Of a stretch of DNA of 64,000 nt, positions 40,394-52,100 are shown in pieces; the first letter of the stretch is position 1, and each line of letters starts with the position of its first letter. Both the position numbers and the translations under genes were made by a program. Below the pieces are notes generated by a model. It was not told the origin of the DNA, searched no databases, and saw nothing but the letters and a program-made list of their open reading frames with translations. Source of the stretch: Botryllus schlosseri (Eukaryota). The stretch is from contig CM119385.1 of the NCBI GenBank assembly GCA_051294905.1, forward strand, positions 8,494,001 to 8,558,000, written 5' to 3'.

Positions 40394-43300
40394 ATGCCTC
40401 GATACTGTCGAGTAAAATCTGAAGCGTTTTCTTCAAATGAAGGGCTACAAGGAACGTATCGAGGTGTATGCGAGTCTGTAATACCCCTTTTGGGAATCGA
40501 CCCCGGGAGCGACGAAAGTGAAGAATCATGGATAGCATGGATTTCGGATATGCTAGTGGCCTTTCTTGACCCCAACTCGTGCTTCTTCCAAATATTTGTT
40601 TTATTCTTAGTAGCAGGAGTCTCCTTCATGCTGGGGGTATACTTAAGGTAGGGAGTGGTTGGCAAATATTTTGCGATTATGAATGTAGCTTCTATTTTGA
40701 TCTGTGATGTGAAGGAAATCAGATAGGCTAATACTTCACTAATCCAGACTACTTCTCTTTCTGTGTAGGCTTACATATAAATTATAATGTGTGCGAATCT
40801 TCATTTCCCATAATAACAATAATGATGATAATTGCACTATATTAGCAGGGAGATATGTCACTCAGAATTTTTTCCTTTCGTGTTTGACGTGATCTGACAG
40901 GATGCCAAATTAACACGGCTACAAATTACAGGCGTCATACAATTCTGGGACTACTCCGTCAGAAAGAAGAATGGATAGATAAAGAGAAAATGCTCTTGAA
41001 CCAGCTTTGGGCAGCGCTCGAAGAGAAACTGGAGGCAAAATCGATGATGCAGGAATCAAGAACGTCTTTAGATAAGGTCAAAGGTCAGTGTTTCGTTCCA
41101 TGTCACTTCACTGACTCATCATCTGTATAAGGCTCTTCACACGAAAGTCAAGTAACTTTCTTGACACATAGGCTAAAATCGTGCACTGCTACTATTTTCC
41201 TCCGGATAAAGTATTTATTATACAAGCGACAACATTTCAATAAAAGGGATCTTGAATCATGAGCAGTTGAGCACAATCCTAATGAAACATAAGCCACCAT
41301 CGGCGCTATGTGCTATTGTTTCCATAGTAACTATTGTTCTTTGCCGTGCTTATACTAGAGTCGTTTTTTTCTGAGAATGAGCTCTGAGATTGTCAAAGGC
41401 ACGAGAAAAATATATGAGATGGATGAAAAATTCAATTTATTAGAGACTTATACTTCCAGGAACTGGAATAATTCAGATAATAATCTATATAGTCATCGAC
41501 AGTACTTGGTTTAGCAGAATATTGTTGACAAAATGATTAAAATCTGGCGCATTTCTTACCGTACCGTAGATTTCCAGATAAATTCGGGTCTTCCACGTTC
41601 ATAGCACTAAGATATACGGTAGAATAGCAATGTGAAATTCGATTTTACGTGGAAATTCAAGCGGAGGCTTCGAATCTGTGATTATCCGTACTGGTGACCA
41701 TGGAAGTGCTACTCGACTCTCCTCGATTCGGGGAAGGATGGCCCAAAGATTTTACCTTGGACGAATTCATAAGTACTACACCCGTTCAACGGAAACCGGT
41801 TCCGAACCACCTCACCGACACGAAGATTTTCAACAGCGCTATAAAGAAAAATGCACTTATCAAATGCGATCCCACGGTTATCCACTTTCCCGGGTTCAGT
41901 TTGGGCAAAACGCAGAAAAAAAAGTTCAAGATATGTAACTCATCGTCGGAAAGACAAAATATGCACATCATCAGTCCATCTACCAAGTATTTCACTATAA
42001 AGTATACAAAGCCAAGAAGATTCGTACCGGGATTTACAATGGATGTTACTGTTCTATTTACTCCCGACGAATGGAGATACTATTACGATTGCATCAGATT
42101 ACATTGCGAAGGAGAAGAAAACATTATGATACCGCTTCACGCTTATCCTATCATGGACCTATCCGGTTTTCCTGATAAAGTAATTTTTGATACTGCCAAC
42201 TCGAGACTCGGCAAAACGCGCAGAAAGGTTCTATCTTTAAAATCCCCGCATCCGGTTGATTTCGAGTTTAAAATCAACCTCATTCAACCCCATCCGTCAT
42301 TTACTGTGAGCCCGTTATCAGGGACTGTACCAGGCGAAGGTGAAACGATCGTATCAGTCGTGTACACCCCTACCGAGTATGTTACTTCACACATGACAAT
42401 GCAGCTGAAAGTATCTGAATTTAATTCAAAACCACTCACAACTTCAGTGATAGCCTGTTGTGTTCCGAATCCGCGTGTTAAGTCTGTTAAAGAGGGCGAT
42501 GAGATGTTCAAAAAAACAAAAATTTTAGACCCACACTCGCTATCATTAGTGCAAATGTCACGTCGTAGAAAAACAGCCACCCCTCAACCGCCTACCAGAG
42601 ACGGTATTGAACACGAAGGACTGTATTTCCCAACACAGATCCATTCGCAACACGCAGTCAACAGCGTGTTAATACAGAAAGCCGGTAAGTTACGCGCAAA
42701 AGACATGAGAGCGGCGTCGACCGCGAGACTTGCGAGCGTAGCAGGCCGCGAGTCCACGACTGGCGTCGGCCAAATGCAGTCTTCCAGACAAATGAAAGAA
42801 GCCGCTTTCAAGCAAGAGCTGACGAAAGACGAAATCGAAGAGCGTGCTAATCATTTGAGATGGCAAGTGCGTCGTGGAAGCCCCGCGATCACGCAGGAGC
42901 AGCAATTGGACGCGTTACGTGAACGCGAAAGAGCAGAGATGGACTACAAGTATCGGCGACGATGTGAGCCTGATGCTGACGCTGAAATTCGGCGCTACAT
43001 GACGTTCAAAGCAATGCGAAGGACTTTCCGTAAAACACACAGCATCCCAAACACCCCGCCCAGTTTTGACTTGTACAACGACAACCCGTGGTTAAGCAGG
43101 CATCGTGCTCTGGAGAGATTTCAGCAAGCGGCACGAACGGTGTTAATTCGAAAGAGGGCGGATAGGAAAGTGAAACTGTTACGTACCATGATCGAAAACT
43201 TCAGCAACGGAAAGCTAGAACAACAACTCTCTGCTGAAAGCTCGGCACAGCTACACCTTGACGTCCGTCCCACGTCCACACCTAGCGCGTCAAATCGCAA

Positions 43301-46244
43301 TGTCGGAGTGCGATTCTCGATATCAGCTGCTAAAGTGAAGCCGTTCACGTTTCCTGTTTATGTCGAGTCGGAGACAAAAGGTAACGTCACCGCTACTGAA
43401 ATCGCGGAAGTCGAGTCGATACCTTCCGCTATCGCATTACGACAAGATATTCCGTTCCACCACCTCAAAGTACCAAAACAGTACACTATGTTGGGATACG
43501 GAAATAGCGATGTGGATCAGGCAGCTCGCAGTTACGTAGGCACCGGTATCTCTTGTACTCTAAGAGGAGGCGCTGACGATGAAATAATAGAAGTTTCCGT
43601 TCCGATGCATCTTTTGCCTGTCCAGGAACAGAAGGCTCCCGGATTAAGGAATGAGCAAGACAGCAGACCCGAAAGTAAAGAGTCGATGGTAGCAGACTTT
43701 GAAAACGACACCCATCTGGCTACGTCCGGGGTTAACATGCCTCCAGAATTATTATCAAACCCACCACATCACCCGTTGCGAATCTTTAATCCATTCCCTG
43801 GCATGCAGACTGTATATTTGCCGTTTAATCAAAGCGAAGTCGACCCGGACTATCACCTGTGCCCCATACCAAGGTATACAGTGCTGCCGGACAGCGAACC
43901 GTATTATGACAAGGACGACGTCATCAAGGGATTGATGGCGTGGAAAAAATTCCCATCACAAGGTATCGTAGCGCTTTCTAAAAATAACGGTACCGTGTCG
44001 AGTAATTGTCTGCCGCGGTGGTCTGATTGCTTCGGAGAAAGCATGCTGCCGACTGTCACCCCTAGTTTGCTATCGCCACCCACAGTGCCTCATGAAGACC
44101 CACCAGATTTTGGCACTTCTGCCGATCCACTGGAGTTAACTCCGGAAATGGTGAGAGAAGAATTTAAGGTTGTGGAATATGAGATTGCGATAGCGGCCAG
44201 AGAGGAGGAGGATGAAAAGGAATACAAAATTCCAGAAGCGCCGAGGCAGACTGATAACCATGACAACGCGCTCCAATCCAAGATTGCAGAGACGCTGGAG
44301 AAGTTTGAAGATTTGGACAAGAATCAGCCCAAACTGTATTACTCTTAAGAATTATTCCATATTTGAATACATGTTTTATGTAGAGAACTATTCTATTTCG
44401 CATTTTCGCTGCAAGTAAATGTTTGAAATGCCTTCACAAAGCTTTACTCAAAACGTCGAAGTAACAACGGGAAAGCTGAGCCTTTATTATGATTATTGTC
44501 AGTTCGCGAGCTACATAATTGGAGATAATTTTAGATTGGTATTCATTGTAGTGGTGCGGAAGAATATAGAATGACTGCCACAGGCGTAGCGGCGCGCTGA
44601 GGTATTTTTCAATTTGATATCTAGATCGTTCGAAGTGTCGCATAAATACGTCGGTGTGTATGTTGAATACAGCGGGACCAAGGATATTTGTTATTAGTTT
44701 GTAGGGGTTCCGTCTAGTTTATGATTATGTAAAGTCGGTCACATTAATTTGGTGTGTTTCAATTCAAAGCATAATTCGTTTTACGAAAGGATACTCGCTG
44801 TACTTTAGATTATGAGTTGTGATGGGTCATTCCACGATAATTCTGAAGAAGTTATAAATCTCGGATGTGCATTGATGTCACATGGCAAAGTTGTTTATGA
44901 CAAAGTTGTTGGGTGAAAATTGATACGGGAACACAATTACGTCACATTGTTTAAAGCCAAAATCGTAGCAAGGATTCCCTCAATATCCCCGTCGGAATTA
45001 TGACTTTCTCGTTCTAAGTATAGAGTGTTTTCATTATTTTTTTTCAGATTCGTAAATATTACATTACATATTAACATTACATAACATTACATTATTAACA
45101 TTTGTGGTCAGAAGTTATTCCGGGAAGGAAGTGTCAGATTCATGAACAGCACTCACTAGACAGCCAGTACCGGTGCTAAAGCTACCTTTCTAAAAATGCG
45201 CAGATTGTTTACGCTACATCTTGCGACTCGACAAGTACACAAGGCGTTGCCTACGCCAGGACTGAGGAAACGGTTATCGTTACCTCCGACTCCGGACAGT
45301 TTCAACATACCGACTCAAACTCCGCAAACACCGCGACTCCCAATATTTTATTCACAGAACCCCAACATTCTAGTAAAAGTACTCAAAAGACGATAAGTTT
45401 TTCACATTTTCATTTTTTTATATTGACCAAGCGAAGCGACCTCCAGCATTCCGGTAAATTCGCTCATAAAATTATACGTTTACTACATTTTAGTCACTAG
45501 TATTACCATTAGAACCGACGAATTTTTTGGATTCAAAAATTGTGCTCGCCGAAAGAAATGAAAGTTGCGAAGGTCCCTTATTCATGCACAAAACTTTAAA
45601 ACTTCTGTAACTGCAACAGCACTTTATAGTAACATTTGAGAGCACTGGGTCCTAATTCGAAGTAGCTGGACTCGGAGTCAGAGAACTTCAACAAACAAAT
45701 GTGCTCCCCCGAATTCGACTTATTATTACAAAGTTCATGTGACTCCGACTCATCATGAAAAAATTTAAGGAAACTTCGACACCACGACTCTGAATCTAAA
45801 TCCCGAACTAAAATGAACTCTTATTAGCATCACTGGCAACTTCATCGATGTTTTGTTTACAGTTGAGTTGGATTCGGAGCGATCCGAGAAAGAATCGCTA
45901 CAGGCCCGCTTGTGGGGAATGGAGCGAAATGTCAAAATTATTCAATCGGAAAGGGACGTGATGGAAGAAAAATTGCGAGACTGCATCAGCTCGTTTGCGG
46001 ATCTGAGGAAAACTATTGGAAAGGTAGACTGTCTGCGCCCTACATGAAGGGGTAGACCTTATTTCGCCCATGACCACCTAATTTTGTTTATTTTTAGAAC
46101 ACCGCCGGTGGCGAAAACACAGACGTGTCCTCTTGTATGGAGAAAATAAAAGGCCTGCAAGTACTGCTCCAGAAACTCATCGAAGCACACAAACAAGAGC
46201 ATCTGAATTTTATATCTATGCTAGAAAAGCAACCGTCCGTATAG
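40394..46244 (+). CDS. Membrane-anchored coiled-coil protein, tentatively cTAGE5/MIA2(TANGO1)-like; exons 40394-40647, 40932-41083, 45863-46023, 46098-46244
   Basis: Exon 1 has two hydrophobic stretches (WIAWISDMLVAFLDP; FFQIFVLFLVAGVSFMLGVYL) and ends TTA AG|gtaggg. Exon 2 (cag|G CGT CAT) reads RHTILGLLRQKEEWIDKEKMLLNQLWAALEEKLEAK and ends phase 1. Exon 45863 starts phase 1 (ELDSERSEKESLQARL...) and the terminal exon ends KQPSV*. The KEKML..L.A.LEEK segment after the TM resembles cTAGE5. The 5' start and any extra exons are uncertain. Confidence 0.6.
41318..41331. promoter_or_regulatory. RFX X-box upstream of CFAP221
   Basis: GTTTCCATAGTAAC matches the X-box consensus GTHNYY-AT-RRNAAC and lies ~370 bp upstream of a ciliary gene ATG. 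Confidence 0.7.
41700..44348 (+). CDS. CFAP221: Cilia- and flagella-associated protein 221 (PCDP1), single-exon ORF, 882 aa
   Basis: Uninterrupted 2.65-kb ORF with PVPNHL..KIF, IHFPGF, FVPG...VLFTPDEWRYYYDCIRLHCEGEENIMIPLHAYP, PVDFEF...HPSFTVSPLSG, RHRALERFQQAARTVLIRKRA and KKFPSQG, matching my recollection of CFAP221 across most of its length. Confidence 0.93.
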   Translation: MEVLLDSPRFGEGWPKDFTLDEFISTTPVQRKPVPNHLTDTKIFNSAIKKNALIKCDPTVIHFPGFSLGKTQKKKFKICNSSSERQNMHIISPSTKYFTIKYTKPRRFVPGFTMDVTVLFTPDEWRYYYDCIRLHCEGEENIMIPLHAYPIMDLSGFPDKVIFDTANSRLGKTRRKVLSLKSPHPVDFEFKINLIQPHPSFTVSPLSGTVPGEGETIVSVVYTPTEYVTSHMTMQLKVSEFNSKPLTTSVIACCVPNPRVKSVKEGDEMFKKTKILDPHSLSLVQMSRRRKTATPQPPTRDGIEHEGLYFPTQIHSQHAVNSVLIQKAGKLRAKDMRAASTARLASVAGRESTTGVGQMQSSRQMKEAAFKQELTKDEIEERANHLRWQVRRGSPAITQEQQLDALRERERAEMDYKYRRRCEPDADAEIRRYMTFKAMRRTFRKTHSIPNTPPSFDLYNDNPWLSRHRALERFQQAARTVLIRKRADRKVKLLRTMIENFSNGKLEQQLSAESSAQLHLDVRPTSTPSASNRNVGVRFSISAAKVKPFTFPVYVESETKGNVTATEIAEVESIPSAIALRQDIPFHHLKVPKQYTMLGYGNSDVDQAARSYVGTGISCTLRGGADDEIIEVSVPMHLLPVQEQKAPGLRNEQDSRPESKESMVADFENDTHLATSGVNMPPELLSNPPHHPLRIFNPFPGMQTVYLPFNQSEVDPDYHLCPIPRYTVLPDSEPYYDKDDVIKGLMAWKKFPSQGIVALSKNNGTVSSNCLPRWSDCFGESMLPTVTPSLLSPPTVPHEDPPDFGTSADPLELTPEMVREEFKVVEYEIAIAAREEEDEKEYKIPEAPRQTDNHDNALQSKIAETLEKFEDLDKNQPKLYYS

Positions 46245-47079
46245 TAGCCTATCGTGAGCAATTAATATAGGAATAAATCCATCGCCATTGAAATTCCGAC
46301 ACAATATACTCGAATATAATTCCCGCAAAGTTGCAGCAAACGAGCAGTGATGTCTTATCGAGTGGATATCGATATAGCATAGTTGTTCCGTTCTGACGGA
46401 TCAACGTAGGAGCAATCGGACATATACAGGGGATAGTATGAGCCGTATACAGACATACGGCAGGCCTATATTTCACGTTGGACAATATCTGGCGGCTTCC
46501 GTTAAGCTCGTCAGAGACCAGAGAAACAAATCGAAAGTTTATGATCACTAAATGCAATCATTTAATTACTTTCCCGTGATCGCTTGCTTGCTACGAGTTA
46601 GAAACCTCCACCGAGAGAGAGCAAACTAAGTGATGTAGATCTGAACCCAGACTGTTGATCTCAGTCACGAAATATTAGCATATTCAAGTTGTGTGATCAC
46701 GATCAGCAAGGCAGCATATCCTTATAGGCTATTCGTTCCAACGATCCGTTAGGCCCGGGTTAGGGTAAGCAAACAAGCTCAAGTTGATGACCGTCTTCTT
46801 GTATTTAAAAGGACTGGGTATTATTGCATTGGTTATCAGTCACTTATCTGTGCTCGCTTGACGGGCAGGATCTGGTAACGATGAAATTGTGCAGCCGACA
46901 AAGGCCACGGGCGACATTCATTGGATTTCGGTACTGTTCTGTAGATGCGACGGGAATTGGAATAATGTATATATCACTTTTGCGTTCCTTTGATCACTTC
47001 ATCAGCACCGCTCGATTCCTTGATTGGTGGATAATCCGAGAATTATCAACGAAGAACTCAAATAACTCCGCTTTTACTA

Positions 47080-47322
47080 CTTGGAATTGAGTCAAATTTG
47101 TTTTGCGTCGTTTTTGAAAACAGCTCAACAATTTCATGGGGTTGACAGAAAAATTTGATTTTTTTAATTTTCCATAATAAATTAAAATTTTTAGTTGGAT
47201 CTGCGGAGCCTGATACTTGTTGGAATTGAACCAAATTTTATGTGCAGCGTTTTTTAGGGTAACCTGACAATTTAATCACTGAATGGCTGGAATCCAGGAA
47301 AAAAGCTATTTTTGAACAGCCC
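47080..47322. repeat. Degenerate fragment related to the 28922-29581 foldback family
   Basis: Contains ttggaattgaaccaaattt, ttcatggggttgacagaaaa and a terminal tttttgaacagcccta, resembling the foldback right arm. Confidence 0.6.
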
Positions 47323-48715
47323 TACCGTACAGTATACAAAGACAACCGAAAAATGTCATAATAGACGTGAAAACTGGTTTACGATGGAATTGAATGAAAT
47401 TTACATAGCAGTAGACAACGTTCGTCGGTAGGTTGGCTGGAAAAAGGCGAACTGCACCCAATTATACGTCGGGGAAAAAAAAGAAAAATTGACCCTCGTA
47501 TTCTCTTTAGTCAACCCAACCAAAATTGGACGTGGAAAAGAGTCTTTAGGTGTCGAATCGGAAATATTACCTATTCCTTCAAACCCAATAAAATTAGTCG
47601 TCAAAATTGCCGAACCACTCGTTTTCTCTCCCGCTATTGTAACTTTTATAACTTTTAATAAGTGTCCTCTTTTCGGATCTCAAAATATGGTAACCTTTCA
47701 ATTTCTTGGCAGTACCGGTAACACAGACGTGAAAACTGGCGACAGAAAACTAGATGATCCTTGATAATGTAAATCCGCGTATTCATTCCGACTGAACGAA
47801 TACGCGATGTACTAACAATATTTTAAATGGGGCAAGGCTGCAATGCGGTAAACCACAGAGCATTACCGTATTGTCGGAATGGGGGATGAATCACTCGATT
47901 TAAATGTCACGGCTGTGTATGGTGTATCACACTACAATAAATATTTGAGTGTTCGGCGTCGGGCACATATACAACAGCGAGCGCGTATTGCGTAGTCGCC
48001 TAACGCAGATTATTGTTATTTTTTGGTACTTAAGTATATTAGAATTATCACTGACATACGTCATAGTGTGACAGACACCGTGTATGCGTATTGCGTAAAA
48101 TACATAGCCTTGAAATCTTCAAACCTAATATCCGCTGCAAATATAGAAAATAGATGTAGTGTCTGCGCTGCAATTCAGATCCACTGTGGCAACTAGAAAG
48201 GCAAGAGTAGAAATGGGCGGTTGGGTAGTTCAACAGTAACACAAATAAAAAAGAGTTCAATGTATTTTCATTTGAGAGAAACGACGACACGTTGCTATTG
48301 CATCTAATTCACGTAATTACATGCTACATTCTAGCTGTAGTTATGAGTAACCAGTATTTCGATTGAGTGTAATCATAATCTGTAATCGATCACTGTCAGC
48401 GGTTCTATGTCTTATTTTCGTCCGCTAACGACAAAATAATGTAATTCGATGAACAAATTGATGGATGGTGAAACGACAAAGGGCGGTCTATATCTGACGT
48501 CAACCGCGGCCTGTTGGTTTTACTGGTATCAATGCCCGATGTAACAATGTAACGCTTAGAGTTGCATTTAAAAAAATCAACTTAAAACAAACAAGTTTAA
48601 AACATGGCTATTGTTTGAAACATGTTTTTTTTTTGTTTTCATTGTTTTGTTTTTAACCAATACATCACGAATAGTGAATTGACATGGACAATTGAAAATA
48701 TAGGGTAAATATGGC

Positions 48716-49146
48716 CAGTGATGGCCCTACCAACGGGGGGGGGGCTATAAGTATCTATCCGTAACTTCTGGGGGGCGGAGCCCCCCAGACCCCCTTCCGC
48801 ATCGGTTATTATTATCTATCTTTCGCCACCGCAGAAGGTTTGCCCAAGTCCTGGATTCGGCCATGTCTGTTTTGCATGTGTGCAAGGATAGACTACATCA
48901 AAGCTAAGTAATTCTACCTCATGCAGAGACGTGATGATTATCGGGATACGGGACTTTTCTAACAAATGCAGTGATTTGATGATGATTGACACATTTGTAC
49001 GGAATCATATTCTTGCTTGGTACACGGATTTCCATGTTTATTTGTCATTCTCCTTGAAAAAAGCGCAAAATCCAAATAGGGGGGGGGCTTCGACCAGGGG
49101 GGCCCCGGGCGACCGCCCACCTCGCCCACCCCAAAAGCCATCACTG
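48716..49146 (-). mobile_element. hAT-type MITE (431 bp), same family as 15859-16322, opposite orientation
   Basis: TIR CAGTGATGGC...GCCATCACTG; perfect TSD aatatggc (48708-48715, 49147-49154). The interior is the reverse complement of the 15859 copy. Confidence 0.93.
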
Positions 49147-52100
49147 AATATGGCGCTTTTGAGGAAAAAGGCTATCGACCCCTGTCATAAACGGACAAGA
49201 AATATAGTTAACGACGACTGCATCGTTATACAGCATTTTTATTGCCGTCGGTCATCATCATCATCAGAACATCCATTCCATTCCGTAACAATGATCTCTA
49301 TCTACGTGCTATAACTGTTGAGCCGGCGACGGTTTCGAGGGTTTCAAGCAGTCCATATCGTATACTTCGACTATATCGGATGACAATCGTCCACTGGGGC
49401 ACGCCATTTGTTTCAAATGCAACCTTTTAGTTATTCGTACTTCATCAATTCTTTATCTATAGACTTTTGGGAAAGACGCTGCCATAGGGGAGGAGTAGCC
49501 CGGAGAAACCCCGGACAAATCGAAATGTTATCCCGATGAGACTCAATAACGTCAGTCCTGGCAGCAAACCAATTGCATACAACTCCCCCACTGCGACAAA
49601 ATGACAACTAAAAAGTGATAGCACCAATATCTTTTCATCATCCTTGCAGCCCACGTATACGACAGGCCTAGCGATAACTACCACTAATGCTCACAGAATG
49701 AGCAACCCAACGCCAAGAGTCCATTGCCCGTTGACATCTTAAAGAGTCAAACCGAGCACGATCAACGTGTTTTCGGGTGTGCGCAAATCATTTACCCAAA
49801 ACTGGACCAAAATCGATGGTAAGATAATGGATATACTATATTTCACACATGATTCCTACTTTTGCGTGTCACTCCACTCGCTATTGTCGTCTGCCGTTAC
49901 GGCAAGCATACATAGTTCATAAACCCGTCGATAGAACTCGATTAGTCACTAACGAAGAAATTCCCAAACGTATGGCATGTGTCATGGAAGCACTAATATT
50001 TTTCTTCCGTCATCACGTACTTTGTATCAATTAGAATTACGACAGTCGTTGTACATCGTCAGTTAGCGTTGTCGATATCCTTGTTTTATCTCGCATTTGT
50101 GCTTGTGATAATATTAGTGATTCATATTCCATTACCCATACTCGAAGTGCCTTCTTGGGCATTTCGTGGGTATTGAGCTCTACTTGATCTTGAATGAGGT
50201 CAGCGGTCATCTCGTTTACCCGTTGGCGTAACTTATAATTACGCTTCACCGGTAAATATAAATGTAACGATTGTTGCCGTTTCAAATTGTTTCCCTAATT
50301 TTAATCGTTCATCCGTTTATTAATTTTAATGGTTCAGTATATCTTTAGATTGCGACATATGAATAAGTCGAAATGGATTTTCAGGCGTCTCTCATCAAGA
50401 GCTATCGGTACTCTAACGGGATTCGAACAGATTCAAAATTAAAACCAATATGGCAAAGTATGACGTAACTAACAGAATTACGGACTGGAAATTGCATCAA
50501 TGTAAGAATTAGCAACAATTTGTAACAATTTCAGCAAAAAAACCTTGAAGTATGTGCGGTATAATAGTATCGCAACAAACTGCATATTCATATTGCCAAG
50601 ATTTCCGACTGACTCTAATCATGAGCAAACGTCTGTATATGCGGAATTCAAAATAAGCAATCAATTGTGTGCCTGTGACGTCATAACTAATAATAACTGA
50701 CTTGCTAACGGCATAACAAAACACCGTGCGGTGGACTTGAATGAAACCAAAAATTCTGAGTAGCCCGACCGCAAAATTTGAGATGCTGATGATTAAAAAA
50801 AAGATCATCATTAATCTTGCCTATATCCTTTGTAACGGCATCAGTAGCTTTGGAAATGCAATTAATATTAGTGATCGTATAGTCCATGTGACTATTGCGG
50901 GAGCATATTGGTTCTTAACCAGAGGTTCATGGACGCCATTGGGGGTACAGAGCACCGAAATCGGGGGGTACGAGATGCATCATGAAATTATACCTATACA
51001 TTATCCAGAGTACAAAATTATTTTGCAAACCCCCAAAAGTGGAATCTTTCCGGGAAGATTTTTGTCGCACTGCGCGCGACTTCATGTCATTGGTCTCTTT
51101 GATCTTAGTATAGCTAGCTACCATCAGAAGCTGCGTGTTGAAAATGGAAAGCGGGCACGATAGATTTTATTGAGAGCTCAAGGGGTGCGAACACTGCAAA
51201 GGTTAAGAAACACTGTGAGAGAAAAAGACAAAATAAGGACAAACCACGTAAATAAGGACAATAACGTTTTTTAAGGCAATGCGCTACAAACAACAAACAA
51301 GGACAGTGTGAAAACCCTGGGTATAGCAGAGACAAATTTGGCAGTAAAAGTAACCGAATACTAACACAACACTACTGAAATATTCCCATCTCAAACGCAG
51401 TTGTTTATAAACGTCACGATTGAATACCAATAATATCAATTAGCACCACATGGGAGTAACAAACTGGCGCTTCGAACTTCTAGAAATATAATTCGTCGAA
51501 ATGATCTGGGTTATTCCATGGGTATATATCGGATATTTACGAGACTGTAGTTTACTGTACATGACTGTACTGGGCAGTGTGCAAGTTTCAATACATTACA
51601 ATATGATGGTACCGTCAAACGAGTAGATCATAGGTCTTAGTGATAGTGTCGGAATATAATCTTAATATAATAATCTTGATATTAGGGATTAGAAATTCGA
51701 TTCAAATCACTGGTCAATTTGCTTGGTTCCGTTTGCGACTGTTCTGATTGTAGATATAGGTATACAACAGTTTCTCAGTCCAGTGACTTATCCGCAACGT
51801 TGCCGCTTTGATATCGCTGGCAGTCATGAGGGTCTGAATTCCTGAGGAGTGCCGATGTCGATGATGACGTGATCGAGCTCGTGTGAGTAAAGTAGCCAGA
51901 TGTTGCGCGATTCTTCCTGCTCTGTTGTTGCCTCGCATCCATTAGACCCTTATCGCAGATCGGAAGATAAGGGAGGCATGTCGACTGTGTGGATCTATTC
52001 TAGCGTCAATTTAGGCTGGGATTTAAAATGCGGTTATCTGCGAGAAGCAAATGAAAATTTCCCAAATACCAGCTTTAAAAGGAAATGTAAAGATTTTTTG

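Noticed and set aside
41678-44403. Short overlapping and antisense ORFs within CFAP221 and Cdx exon 1
   Set aside because: Expected shadows of real coding sequence; no independent signals.
45100-45460. Additional Ser/Thr-rich exon of the host gene
   Set aside because: No acceptor/donor pair found giving phase 1 to phase 1 in an open frame; left unresolved.
46249-46557. Minus ORF ending 4 nt from the stop of the coiled-coil gene (overlapping convergent genes)
   Set aside because: No recognisable domain or upstream exons; likely a chance ORF in the 3' UTR.
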